Assembly (NCBI GenBank): GCA_029567325.1
Contig: JAKQLF010000055.1
Location: forward strand, 1,581-65,580
Source: Bacteroidota bacterium
GTDB taxonomy: Bacteria > Bacteroidota > Bacteroidia > Chitinophagales > Saprospiraceae
Reading direction: 5' to 3'
Length of the DNA: 64,000 nucleotides
In this document: positions 1 to 9,739 of the stretch, one piece after another
How the letters are laid out: each line of letters begins with the position of its first letter
Numbering within the stretch: the first letter of the stretch is position 1
Notes under the pieces: model-generated
Database searches by the model: none
Seen by the model: only the letters and a program-made list of their open reading frames with translations
What the model was told of the DNA's origin: nothing
Translations under genes and position numbers: made by a program

Positions 1-1028
1 TTAAAATTCCATTCATACCTGGTGGCAGTTGTAGACTTATTATCAAAAGTGAGTGTAAGTCCATTACATTCTGTATCTGGTGCTGTGAAATTAGCAACCG
101 GAGGCAGTGCACAAACTCTCACATTGTATTGAAAATCTCTATAAACAGAACCTAGATAAACTCCATTTCTGTATTCTCTTACTTCCACCCCTACCAAAAA
201 TTGACCAACCATATTGGGCGTTCCTGTAATTCTTCCTGTGAGGGAATCAATGCGTAAAGGTTCGCCGCCCAATAAATTATTGAGCCCATAACCTGTCTGA
301 AATTGCACTGGTATAAAATCAGGAACAACAGCAAAAGGTTGAGACAACTGAGGTGCCTCTCTGGTAAGACCCAAAATAGGATTCCACAATCTATAAACTA
401 GAGAATCTCCATCTGCGTCACGGGCGCTATTGTCAAAATCCAATGGTTTATCTTTACAAATATAAATGTCTGGCCAATTTTTAAATACTGGTGAAGAATT
501 TGTTTGAGTTTCAGGCACTCTGTCAATCCTAACACTATAAGTACTACCTGCCTCCAACGGATCTACAATGTTATTCAAAGAGCTGTTTCTACAACACCTT
601 TGGTACACAATGTAATATCCGCGAGTATTGTATGGAAGATAGATCTTTGTTACATATTTTGTCTCATGAACACAAACTTGTGCTCCTTCAAAACCGCAAT
701 CACTTCTGATAAAAGTGTTGAGCGTATCATCTTCACTATAGGCAACTTTGACTTGGCCATTTTTACCTAAGTCAATTCTTACCCTACCAGTTCGACCGTC
801 GTAAATGCTTAATAAAGCTGGATCATCAAACTGCGCTTCTGGGGAACCCAGATTACAATCTCTCCTTATGGTCAATGTTACTTCGAAAGTATCTTTGCCC
901 AGATATTTGTACGTTATATCACCACCTACGATGTGTGTCGCATTGATGTTACTAATGGAAAATATTAAACCAAGAGCAACAAAAAGCAAACGTATTATAT
1001 TGATTTTAATATTCATTTTCTGTTTCAT
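1..1028 (-). CDS. PKD-domain secreted protein, likely T9SS (type B CTD) substrate; 3' part lies outside the window
   Basis: Own translation, not in the ORF track: ATG at 1028, MKQKMNIKINIIRLLFVALGLIFSISNINATHIVGGDITY...YQRCCRN...SSPVFKNWPDIYIC...PPVANF...YEWNF. Signal peptide, HIVGG and RCCRN motifs and a PKD-like segment; open to the window edge. Confidence 0.8.
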   Translation of the reverse strand, partial: MKQKMNIKINIIRLLFVALGLIFSISNINATHIVGGDITYKYLGKDTFEVTLTIRRDCNLGSPEAQFDDPALLSIYDGRTGRVRIDLGKNGQVKVAYSEDDTLNTFIRSDCGFEGAQVCVHETKYVTKIYLPYNTRGYYIVYQRCCRNSSLNNIVDPLEAGSTYSVRIDRVPETQTNSSPVFKNWPDIYICKDKPLDFDNSARDADGDSLVYRLWNPILGLTREAPQLSQPFAVVPDFIPVQFQTGYGLNNLLGGEPLRIDSLTGRITGTPNMVGQFLVGVEVREYRNGVYLGSVYRDFQYNVRVCALPPVANFTAPDTECNGLTLTFDNKSTTATRYEWNF

Positions 1029-1034
1029 TAGTGG

Positions 1035-3425
1035 TTATAATTTAGCTTTTACACTTATAACCTCAACTTTACGTTCCTTGGAGGCTTTGATACTATATAT
1101 AGATTCCTTCTCATTTCTGAGCTTGTCATCTACATCTACTGGCGCCAATTCTTCACCAAATGATACTTGATTGATCACCAGGCTGTTGGAATTTAAATAG
1201 GCAGCCAATCTTCCACCTTTGTAACTTTTCATTTCATTGATCACACTCATGATCCTTCTTTGAGCAAGTACAAGGTTATATTTTACGTCAAATCTTGGGG
1301 AAGCAAAACCTTTGATGGTCATCTCAATTTTCTGACCAGAATCCAACGTAACAAGTAAATCCTCCATGAATAAATTGAGCTTATCAACGCCTTCCTTCAT
1401 TTCATTGCCAAAAAAATCGTTTGTAGCTTTAGCATCTCCGTTTCTGGTTATGAATGTCTTTTTTCTAGCATTGTATGCGTTGTAAAGAGAACTATAGTTT
1501 TTATTGGTTTCAGTTGTTTTCTTATCTGGTTCTGGTTGATCGTTGTCAAAGTATAATGACAATGGCACATAGGCAGACAAGCCCAACTTTTTCAAATAAA
1601 GATCTTTCCTGATATTGTTTTCCACTCCTTTGGTATCAATCAATTCAGACACTGTCGTATAACCATCTTTTTTGGCAGTGATCTTGTAAGTTTTTCCCCT
1701 CTCCAGTTGAAAGTGGAAATCATTACTCAATTCATTAAATTTAAAAATTTGGGGTTTAGTGGGATCCGTCAGGTCTTCTATTGTTATCGTAGCACCTGCA
1801 AGGGCTTCTTTGGTATCTGCATCAAAAGTAAATGCATCCAAATTGATGAGATCCGGTTCTAAGAAAAGCTTTTTCACAATTTCGCCAGACTCTTTTATGT
1901 CTGCAGTTGAAAAAGTTATTGAATCAGATTTAAAACCAATTTTTTCTGCTTTTACCATATATTGTTTTCCCCTTTCAATAGGAAAAACATAAACATTGCT
2001 GGTATCATGTGTCATCTGTGCCAAAAGTTCACCTGTTGCTACATCATAAAGGCTCACTTTTGCACCGTGTAAATCTTCACCAGTTCTTTTATTGAATGTA
2101 AGTGCTTTGAGGCTGATCTCCAAAGGTTTGATATCCAAGGCATAGATATCAAAACAACATGATTTCAACATCTCATCTACATAAAGTGCCCCTTCCCTAT
2201 TTGAAGACATGTAACCCTTCGTAAAGTCATCAGATAATGTAAAATAAATATCGTGATAACTGGAGTTGTAGGGCGCATCCATGTGATAGATATCTACAAT
2301 GCTGTCGTTATTGAATGACGCATGGTAAATATCATAACCACCAAAACCTTGTTTACCATCAGAACTGAAGTAAAGGTTTTTGCTTGGAGTATGAAAAAAT
2401 GGTGTAATTTCTTCTTCAGAAGTATTGATCGCTGCCAAATTGATTGGCGCTGATAGACTGTCACCATCGATAAAACTATACCAAATATCCAATTTTCCTT
2501 TTCCGCCTACCCTATCAGAACTAAAAAATAACACCTCTCTATCATCATTCCCAAACTTGCCAATGGCGGGTTGAGTAGTTGTATGTGTGGTATCATTGAT
2601 GGTCGCAGGTAACATTTGAATATTTGTCACCTTGTCATCTGGCCCTAAGTTACCTTTGTATAAATCACATCTCAATTTGTGGGGTTCAATGTATTCACAT
2701 TTGGTAAAATAAATAATCGTTTTGTCGAGATTCATGGCTGTGTTACCCAAAGACATGTCAGTATCGTTCAAATCCTTATCAAAGACATCTATGACTCCAT
2801 CTTTGTCTTGCATGATTTTGGAAATTTGACGGGGAGGATTCAACTTTGATTTTGTCTCTTTAAATCGCATAGATGAAAAAATCAAATTGCTATCTTTTAC
2901 CATGGCTCCAAATTCGGAATCAGGACTATTGACTTCTGTTTCCAATCTTTCCAAAGTCACATTTGGATCAACATCGTTCATTTTGAGGTTTGCCCAATCG
3001 ACCGCAACTTTTTCTACACGAGCCTTTTGAGTAAAATAATCCGTATCATCGCTGTATTGCGATAAGTACATGTTGTAATAATCGCCTGCTTTTCCATAAT
3101 TACCAATCCTTTGGTGCATTTCACCCAGGTAAAAATAAAGCATCTTATCCTCATTGTAATTGAGGGTATCTAAAAGGTATTCGTATCGTTGTATGGCCAG
3201 TTGGTAAGAATTGAACTGACGTGCTGCATCGCCGGATTTTTTTAGTGCATTGATATCATTTGCATCAAAATCCAACACTTCATTGAAGTAGACAAGTGCT
3301 CCATAGTAGTTTTTTTCTACCAGGGCTTTCTCGCCTGCTTCCACATATTGACTTTTGGTCTGTGCCATGGCACAGGTCGCCCAAAGGGTCATTATGTAAA
3401 ACAGTATGTATAGTTTTCTACTCAT
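1035..3425 (-). CDS. PorE-like TPR / PD40 beta-propeller / carboxypeptidase-regulatory / OmpA-like protein
   Basis: N-terminal TPRs; PD40 repeats (LFFSSDRVGGKGKLDIW, YFSSDGKQGFGGYDIY); C-terminal OmpA-like motifs (LYFDND, YNLVLAQRR, SFGEE, RKVEV). Confidence 0.8.
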   Translation of the reverse strand: MSRKLYILFYIMTLWATCAMAQTKSQYVEAGEKALVEKNYYGALVYFNEVLDFDANDINALKKSGDAARQFNSYQLAIQRYEYLLDTLNYNEDKMLYFYLGEMHQRIGNYGKAGDYYNMYLSQYSDDTDYFTQKARVEKVAVDWANLKMNDVDPNVTLERLETEVNSPDSEFGAMVKDSNLIFSSMRFKETKSKLNPPRQISKIMQDKDGVIDVFDKDLNDTDMSLGNTAMNLDKTIIYFTKCEYIEPHKLRCDLYKGNLGPDDKVTNIQMLPATINDTTHTTTQPAIGKFGNDDREVLFFSSDRVGGKGKLDIWYSFIDGDSLSAPINLAAINTSEEEITPFFHTPSKNLYFSSDGKQGFGGYDIYHASFNNDSIVDIYHMDAPYNSSYHDIYFTLSDDFTKGYMSSNREGALYVDEMLKSCCFDIYALDIKPLEISLKALTFNKRTGEDLHGAKVSLYDVATGELLAQMTHDTSNVYVFPIERGKQYMVKAEKIGFKSDSITFSTADIKESGEIVKKLFLEPDLINLDAFTFDADTKEALAGATITIEDLTDPTKPQIFKFNELSNDFHFQLERGKTYKITAKKDGYTTVSELIDTKGVENNIRKDLYLKKLGLSAYVPLSLYFDNDQPEPDKKTTETNKNYSSLYNAYNARKKTFITRNGDAKATNDFFGNEMKEGVDKLNLFMEDLLVTLDSGQKIEMTIKGFASPRFDVKYNLVLAQRRIMSVINEMKSYKGGRLAAYLNSNSLVINQVSFGEELAPVDVDDKLRNEKESIYSIKASKERKVEVISVKAKL

Positions 3426-3440
3426 AAATCGTTCTTGGAA

Positions 3441-4460
3441 TTAGTAGATAGGGCAAGCTTTCCTTTGAGAAAGAGGCCTTACTTTTGAAAAAATATAACG
3501 CACGTGAAATTCGGGACCTCCACGTTTACTGTTTAATGCATTGTTGATGGTCGTATTATCAACGTCATAACTGAATCCTACATACCATTGCCTGAATTGC
3601 AATGCGACGCTTGGAATAAACGAACCAGCAGTTCTGTATCCCAATCCTAGATAAAGTTGTGTTTCTGAACCTCTTTTTTGGTTTAGATAAATTTTTCCTA
3701 TTGCACCAAAAAGAGATTCCCGATAAGTCGTTTGCAATTGTTGCATGACATTGAGCTGCAAATCAAGCGCATTGATGATTTTGAATGAACCCATAGCAGT
3801 CAACGAAAGATGCATTGGTAACCTTTTGTCGTCGGTTGTGTAAAAATCTGTTTTGGGTTGGTAAAGGTGGAAAGCACCTATACCAGCATCAATTTTTGTT
3901 CTGGTATTTTTTTGCCATCGGTAATTGATACCAGCGCCAGTTTCTAAAAAACTTACCGCACTCAGGTCAAAATTTTCACCTGAAGCACCTCCGCTGTTGA
4001 ATTGAATTCCATCCCATTGTTTATCCCATGTGAGCTCAGTAAGGTTAAATCCCCTTCGCGCAAAACCAAGCATGGCTCCGGCGGTTATCAGGTTTTTCTT
4101 ATCAAGCTCCTTGGTAATGGAACCACTCAAATTGAGTCCAGCAAGAACCAATCTGGAATCACCTTGTTTGTCATAATTGAAGTTGATTCCCCAACCATAG
4201 AAATAATCTTTGTTGACGGGTAAAATGTTGCTATCAAAAGCACCACTGAAGGTTGTCCAAGGTACGGGAACAAATCTCCACTGATCTCTGAGGGAAAGAT
4301 TGTACCGTTGACTTCCATTAAAAACACCTGTAAGCGCAGGGTTTAAATTTTGGGGCGAATTATAAAACTGCGAATAGTGCAAATCTTGCCCATGCAGTCC
4401 TATACCGACCCAAATCAATAGGATCGACAAGAAATGAGTTTTAGTGTAGAATTTGTTCAA
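3441..4460 (-). CDS. PorP/SprF family type IX secretion system membrane protein
   Basis: QDLHYSQFYNSPQNLNPALTG, RDQW and GFSYD motifs typical of PorP/SprF barrels. Confidence 0.9.
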   Translation of the reverse strand: MNKFYTKTHFLSILLIWVGIGLHGQDLHYSQFYNSPQNLNPALTGVFNGSQRYNLSLRDQWRFVPVPWTTFSGAFDSNILPVNKDYFYGWGINFNYDKQGDSRLVLAGLNLSGSITKELDKKNLITAGAMLGFARRGFNLTELTWDKQWDGIQFNSGGASGENFDLSAVSFLETGAGINYRWQKNTRTKIDAGIGAFHLYQPKTDFYTTDDKRLPMHLSLTAMGSFKIINALDLQLNVMQQLQTTYRESLFGAIGKIYLNQKRGSETQLYLGLGYRTAGSFIPSVALQFRQWYVGFSYDVDNTTINNALNSKRGGPEFHVRYIFSKVRPLSQRKACPIY

Positions 4461-4973
4461 GGTTATAAGTTTACGTTCTACCCAGAAAGTTTTACCCTTT
4501 CTGAATCATTCTTAAATTGAGTTCAATATGTTCATAGTTCTAAGATCAAAAATTGTGCTAATTTTTAATATGAACTAATATTTATGTTTTACAAGCTGAT
4601 TATCAAGCATATGCACTATAACTATTAATTTTTGGTATTGAAAATGCTAGGTCCGTCGTGTGCAAAATCAATCTACCATCTACTAAAAGTATGGTGTAGT
4701 AATCTCATGGAGAGTTGCCTTTTGAATTAGAATTGAATGCTAAAGTAAGCAATAAGACCCAATTGAAAAAAGCTTACTTAAAGAAAATAATATATTATTA
4801 TTTTTAAATATTTACTTTCTCAACATATTATATTTTGCAATAATAGATAATACTTATTATATATTTCTTAAATATGATAGTCGATTTTTGCCATGTTGCA
4901 GTGATAATTAAGAAGATAAGCATTATAAATAATCGTAATTATATTACATTTGATGACTACTAAAATTATACTT

Positions 4974-5498
4974 ATGCGAATTTCAGATATAGGGCAATTG
5001 CCAAAATTTTTTGACAGATATATCACTTTGGTGGAGGATATCGATTTGATGTCTGGCTTGGTAAAATATCAGTCACTTTTCACCAATGATGAATACGAAA
5101 AAGTGGTGGAATTGGGAGATATGGTTTATGCAAAAGGTAAGTGGACCATCAGAGAAATCGTGCAACATCTCATAGACAATGAACGGGTGCAAAGTTATCG
5201 GGCATTGCGTTTTTCGCGCGGTGATATGACTATTTTACCTGGTTATGATGAAGATTTATTGGCGGCGGGTGCGAATGCCAATGATCGGTCTCTGGATGCT
5301 TTATTACAAGAATTTGAAGTCGTGCGTAGATCATCATTACTCCTCTTTTCGTCCATGACTGAAGATCAAATGTTGATAAAGGGCAATGCTAATGCCATTG
5401 AAATATCCTCATTGTCTCTCGGTTTCCAGATAATTGGACATCAAATTCATCACAAAAATGTCATCAATGACCGATATTTTCCTTTATTGGGCCAATAA
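4974..5498 (+). CDS. DinB family protein
   Basis: YAKGKWTIREIVQHLIDNER, LPGYDED and GHQIHH motifs; ATG at 4974 preferred over TTG at 4950. Confidence 0.85.
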   Translation: MRISDIGQLPKFFDRYITLVEDIDLMSGLVKYQSLFTNDEYEKVVELGDMVYAKGKWTIREIVQHLIDNERVQSYRALRFSRGDMTILPGYDEDLLAAGANANDRSLDALLQEFEVVRRSSLLLFSSMTEDQMLIKGNANAIEISSLSLGFQIIGHQIHHKNVINDRYFPLLGQ

Positions 5499-5546
5499 AA
5501 TAATGAATACCCCTAGACTTCCGTTTATGACAAACAAAGACTATAA

Positions 5547-6164
5547 ATGAAATATCATTTACTTTTTTTCCTGTGCCTTATCACTGAGATTGCGTTTGCA
5601 CAATTCAATTTTATAGGTAATTTTCAATCAAATAATTATTTGGATTGGCATGGTAAAAATCTAGCTAACCCAAGCCCAGAAACACTTGCAGCATTTGATG
5701 GATTAAAAGGTTTGGGGTTGGATGCAGAGTATTTGCTACAACCAGACAGGGAACGCCAATTTTACTATCTGGGCAATATAGGTGCTGATATCACTTTGGG
5801 AAATGCTGATTATCAGAAAATTATATATCCTCATATTGGGCTTGGTATTCTTTTCTATCCTTTCAATATGAATGGCGATTGCGATTGTCCCAGTTTCTAT
5901 CAAGAAGGTACTTTTTTTAGTAGGGGTTTACACTTTGCACTCAAAGCCAATGGCGGTCTTATGAAACTTACAGATCAAAAGGGTCAAATTCAAGGATTGT
6001 TTGAAGCCAATGCGGGTATAAATATACCGATAAGCAAGACGCAATCCCTTGCCCCATTTGTAGGATTTGCAATTGGTACGAGTGTCAAAAATGCATTATT
6101 GGAGGATCAAAATAAATCAACCCTCAACCAGTTAATTTTTGGAGTGAGGTATTCCATTCAGTAA
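5547..6164 (+). CDS. Hypothetical outer-membrane beta-barrel protein
   Basis: Signal peptide, alternating hydrophobic strands, C-terminal FGVRY, CDCP motif. Confidence 0.55.
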   Translation: MKYHLLFFLCLITEIAFAQFNFIGNFQSNNYLDWHGKNLANPSPETLAAFDGLKGLGLDAEYLLQPDRERQFYYLGNIGADITLGNADYQKIIYPHIGLGILFYPFNMNGDCDCPSFYQEGTFFSRGLHFALKANGGLMKLTDQKGQIQGLFEANAGINIPISKTQSLAPFVGFAIGTSVKNALLEDQNKSTLNQLIFGVRYSIQ

Positions 6165-6418
6165 ACTTTTGGATTAAGGCTAGAGAAAATCTCCATATCA
6201 GTTTGGAATTGAAAAGCTGAAAAAAAGGTGAAAGAAAACAGGTTTTCTAAGTCTCTTTAGGCATCAAAGAATAGCGTTTATGACAACCGTAGAAATCATT
6301 TACGATCTCCATACAATTCTTTACTAGGCTTTTCATTAAGCTTCTTCTATCATCTGTCTTCTAGAGAAGAATTTAAAAATACAACCGAACCATAGGCTCA
6401 TCATATTTCAAATAAAAC

Positions 6419-6426
6419 TATATTTG
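6419..6426 (+). promoter_or_regulatory. Bacteroidota -7 promoter element (TATATTTG)
   Basis: Matches TAnnTTTG just upstream of the riboswitch 5' end. Confidence 0.65.
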
Positions 6427-6431
6427 CATCA

Positions 6432-6648
6432 GTATTTGGTTGCAAGATCATTAATAATAACTAATGGATTACTGATTAATCTTATTGGTTTAATAAATGG
6501 TGGAGCATTAATAGGGAATACCGAGTGTAAATCCGGAGCAGTCCCCGCTTCTGTAAGTTTCAAATAAAAGCATCTGCAATTATGTCACTTTCTGAAAAGA
6601 AGGGAAGGCTGCAAGGTGTGAGACAAGCCAGAAGACCTGCCAAGTACC
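6432..6648 (+). ncRNA. Cobalamin (AdoCbl) riboswitch
   Basis: AATAGGGAA...GTGTAAATCCGGAGCAGTCCCCGCTTCTGTAA...GGGAAGG...AAGCCAGAAGACCTGCC (B12 box); P1 GTATTTGG/CCAAGTAC. Confidence 0.92.
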
Positions 6649-6812
6649 ATTATTGATTTTTTACCTCGGAGGAAGGTGGAGCAATGAGCCTATAATGAGT
6701 AGTGGCATTGTTGTGTGCTACTTTCAACCGCTGTCATCTGATGTGGGGGCTTTTGCTTTGTATTTTGAGAGGTAATGTCGAGCATTATTACAAACAAAAC
6801 AAATCATACAAG

Positions 6813-7784
6813 ATGAAGTACAAATTCACCCTTATCTTCTTTTTTGCAATTAGTCTGCAGTGTTTTACCCAAGACACCATTGATTTTGAATCATTTAATC
6901 TGGTACCTGGAAAATTTCTCAATGGTTCAGATGCTCCTGGATTTTTCCAAGAAACTAATTTGATCCTACCTAATGCTTACAACAAAGATTGGATGGCATG
7001 GTCTGGCTGGTCTATTTCAAGTATGCAAGACACACTCACGGCTGGTTTCACCAATGAATACAGCACAATTGCAGGTGCTGGTGCTGATAATTCTACAACC
7101 TATGCTGTTGCTTATGTTGCTACTGGGCAAAACCTGCTCAAAGTAAATGACGCAGATAACCGTTTTATCAGAGGATTTTATGTAAACAATAGCACGTATG
7201 CCTATTTAAGCATGAAAAATGGAGATGCTTTTGCCAAAAAGTTTGGAGGTGTGACGGGAAATGATCCTGACTTTTTCAAGCTTACTATAAAGTCATATAA
7301 AGGTGGTGTGTTATCTGAAGATTTTGTGGAAGTAATGTTGGCTGATTACAGGAATACCGACAACAGCCAAGATTATATTCTTAAAGATTGGGAATATGTT
7401 GATGTCTCTTCGCTAGGACTAAATGATAGTTTGAGCCTACAACTCACTTCTAGCGACAATGGGGCATTTGGCATGAATACGCCAGCATATTTTTGTATTG
7501 ATAAAGTAGCCCTCGGGTTCACAGTTAGCAATGAAGATTTTGTTATAGACCAACAACCAAAAATGGAGTTTTCACCAAATCCAACCTCAGGTGAGGTAAA
7601 CATCAAAATGAATGGCCAAATTATTGCTGACCAAACATTATTTTTCTATGATCAATCTGGAAAATTAATGGCCAAGAGGCAAGCAATTAATGGAGTTGTG
7701 GACTTGACCAATCTAAATAAAAACGTGTACATCGTAAAGGACTATAATCTAAATAATCACGGTGCTGTTTTAATTAAAATGTGA
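6813..7784 (+). CDS. DUF4465 domain protein with T9SS type A C-terminal sorting domain
   Basis: WSGWSIS, YVNNSTYAY, DWEYVDVSSLG, MNTPAYFCID motifs; CTD-like FSPNPTSG...YIVK; signal peptide from ATG 6813. Confidence 0.85.
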   Translation: MKYKFTLIFFFAISLQCFTQDTIDFESFNLVPGKFLNGSDAPGFFQETNLILPNAYNKDWMAWSGWSISSMQDTLTAGFTNEYSTIAGAGADNSTTYAVAYVATGQNLLKVNDADNRFIRGFYVNNSTYAYLSMKNGDAFAKKFGGVTGNDPDFFKLTIKSYKGGVLSEDFVEVMLADYRNTDNSQDYILKDWEYVDVSSLGLNDSLSLQLTSSDNGAFGMNTPAYFCIDKVALGFTVSNEDFVIDQQPKMEFSPNPTSGEVNIKMNGQIIADQTLFFYDQSGKLMAKRQAINGVVDLTNLNKNVYIVKDYNLNNHGAVLIKM

Positions 7785-7830
7785 TTTTTCCTAGATAATT
7801 TTTAAACTTCTTCAAGGAAATAGGAGTAGT

Positions 7831-7880
7831 AAAAGGCGTTGGATATTCGATAAATTGTTGAAAATCCCACGCTTTTTATT
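7831..7880 (+). terminator. Probable intrinsic terminator
   Basis: Imperfect stem AAAAGGCGTTGGAT...ATCCCACGCTTTTT followed by a T tract. Confidence 0.5.
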
Positions 7881-7977
7881 TTGATAAACAGTGCCTAAAT
7901 GGCCCCGTATTTCCCATTTTCATGGAGAATAGTTAGCAAATATCACCCAAAAAGGTGACCCTTTAGAAATTCTGATA

Positions 7978-8412
7978 ATGATATCTTTGGATATTAATCA
8001 TAACCAAAGATCAATGCTTTTAAAGGAGAAAAATTATTCAGTGTCATTCGACACAGTTCATCAAGTAAAGTTGACCAAACTCACGAATCTAGGCATCAAA
8101 AAATATGCTTTACCTGGTTGTAGGCAAAAAGAATGGTGCACTTTAAATGATTTTCTTTTTTGCAAGGCAGAGGGAAATTATTCTATGATCTATTATGCCA
8201 ATGGTAAACACCTCATGATCAGTAAAACAATGAGTGTAGTAGTAGGTATTTTCCCGGAAAAATATTTAGTGAGACCTCACCATGGTTATGTATTGAACAT
8301 CACTCACATCCTATCTCTGGATAATCAAAATATCGTACTAAAAGGCAATACCATCATTCCGATCAGTAGAAGAAAACGCAAAGAAGTTTTGGAACAAATT
8401 GCAAGTTTTTGA
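7978..8412 (+). CDS. LytTR DNA-binding domain protein without receiver domain
   Basis: KAEGNYS, SKTM, RPHHGYVLN, IPISRRK motifs. Confidence 0.85.
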   Translation: MISLDINHNQRSMLLKEKNYSVSFDTVHQVKLTKLTNLGIKKYALPGCRQKEWCTLNDFLFCKAEGNYSMIYYANGKHLMISKTMSVVVGIFPEKYLVRPHHGYVLNITHILSLDNQNIVLKGNTIIPISRRKRKEVLEQIASF

Positions 8413-8434
8413 AGCCAAAAGTTTGATTCAGCTA

Positions 8435-9739
8435 TCACAAAGCCTCTGCGACTATAAAAATACTGCCTCCTACAAAAATTACATCGTCCTTTTTTGCATT
8501 GACTTTAGCACTTACTAATGCTTCATTGACGGTCATAAACACCTCACCTTTCAAATCATAACTAAATGCTTCTTCCTTTAAAATAAAAGGATCAAGTGCT
8601 CTTGGAATACTCGCTTTCGTAAAATAATAATGGGCATTTTTGGGAAGAAAAGGTAAAATTTTACTCCGGTCTTTATCGCTGACAAATCCTATTACAAAAT
8701 GCAATTGACCACTTCCCAGCAATGCCAATTGGTCTAGGACATAATTCATACCGCCCTCATTATGAGCACTATCAACTAATACTAGTGGATTTTTACCAAT
8801 AATTTGCCATCTGCCAATGTACTTTACCTTTTTACTAAAAGAAGCCAAAAAAGCTTTCAATTGGGCAACGTCAAATAGAATTTGATGAGATTGCAACAAT
8901 GAAATAGCCGCAAATGCAGTAGTTAGGTTGTGTTTTTGAAAAGGTCCACTGATGTCGATCTGGAAAAGTTCATTTTCAAAAACGCCTTTGGACCTAAATT
9001 GCATTCCATACAAACTATTTTCAATCACCTCCATTTGAACTAAATCAGATGCATAAAACATTTTACTGGAATTAACTGCTGCTATTTTGTTGAAAACAGG
9101 ATCTGTTTCTGTTTGCTGTTCACCAATTAAAACCGGAACCCCAGGCTTGATAATGCCAGCCTTTTCAGCAGCTATAGCCTCAATGGTATTGCCCAATAAA
9201 TCAGTATGATCAAGTGATATATTGGTGATTATACTCAAAATTGGTTGGACAATGTTGGTGGAGTCCAATCTTCCACCCAAACCTACTTCAATAACAGCAA
9301 AATCTACCTTTTTAGCAGCAAAATGAGCAAATGACATCGCAACTGTAATCTCAAAAAAGCTTGGTTTTATTTCTTCAATGAGTGTTATGTTTTCATTCAT
9401 AAAGTCTATGACAAATCTCTTTGAAGATAGACTGCCATTGATCTTCATCCTTTCACGCAGATCTTTATAATGTGGAGAGGTATGTAAACCAACTGTATAA
9501 CCTTGGCTTTGCAACATACCAGCAACTAAATGACTTACCGTGCCTTTCCCATTGGTACCAGCTACATGGATTATTTTATATTGATTTTGTGGATTCCCAA
9601 TCGCTGAGCAAAGGTTTTCGATGTTTGCCAAACTTGGTTTCAATGCTGCAGCTCCTACCCTGCTAAACATAGGCAATTGCTCCAATAAAAAGGATTCTAC
9701 TTCCGAGTAATTTCTAAAACTACGAGAACGTTTTTGCAT
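8435..9739 (-). CDS. folC: Folylpolyglutamate synthase/dihydrofolate synthase
   Basis: HVAGTNGKGT, TSPH, EVGLGGRLDSTN, DSAHN; ATG at 9739 is the likely start. Confidence 0.95.
   Translation of the reverse strand: MQKRSRSFRNYSEVESFLLEQLPMFSRVGAAALKPSLANIENLCSAIGNPQNQYKIIHVAGTNGKGTVSHLVAGMLQSQGYTVGLHTSPHYKDLRERMKINGSLSSKRFVIDFMNENITLIEEIKPSFFEITVAMSFAHFAAKKVDFAVIEVGLGGRLDSTNIVQPILSIITNISLDHTDLLGNTIEAIAAEKAGIIKPGVPVLIGEQQTETDPVFNKIAAVNSSKMFYASDLVQMEVIENSLYGMQFRSKGVFENELFQIDISGPFQKHNLTTAFAAISLLQSHQILFDVAQLKAFLASFSKKVKYIGRWQIIGKNPLVLVDSAHNEGGMNYVLDQLALLGSGQLHFVIGFVSDKDRSKILPFLPKNAHYYFTKASIPRALDPFILKEEAFSYDLKGEVFMTVNEALVSAKVNAKKDDVIFVGGSIFIVAEAL

Noticed and set aside
504..1170. Plus-strand ORFs 504-770 and 805-1170
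   Set aside because: Antisense shadows of the minus-strand genes at 1-1028 and 1035-3425.
4461..4973. Long AT-rich intergenic region as an ncRNA or origin
   Set aside because: No convincing stems, repeats or DnaA-box cluster; consistent with divergent promoters.
6702..6812. N-terminal extension of the DUF4465 ORF as a leader peptide
   Set aside because: It overlaps the riboswitch expression platform; the signal peptide begins at ATG 6813.
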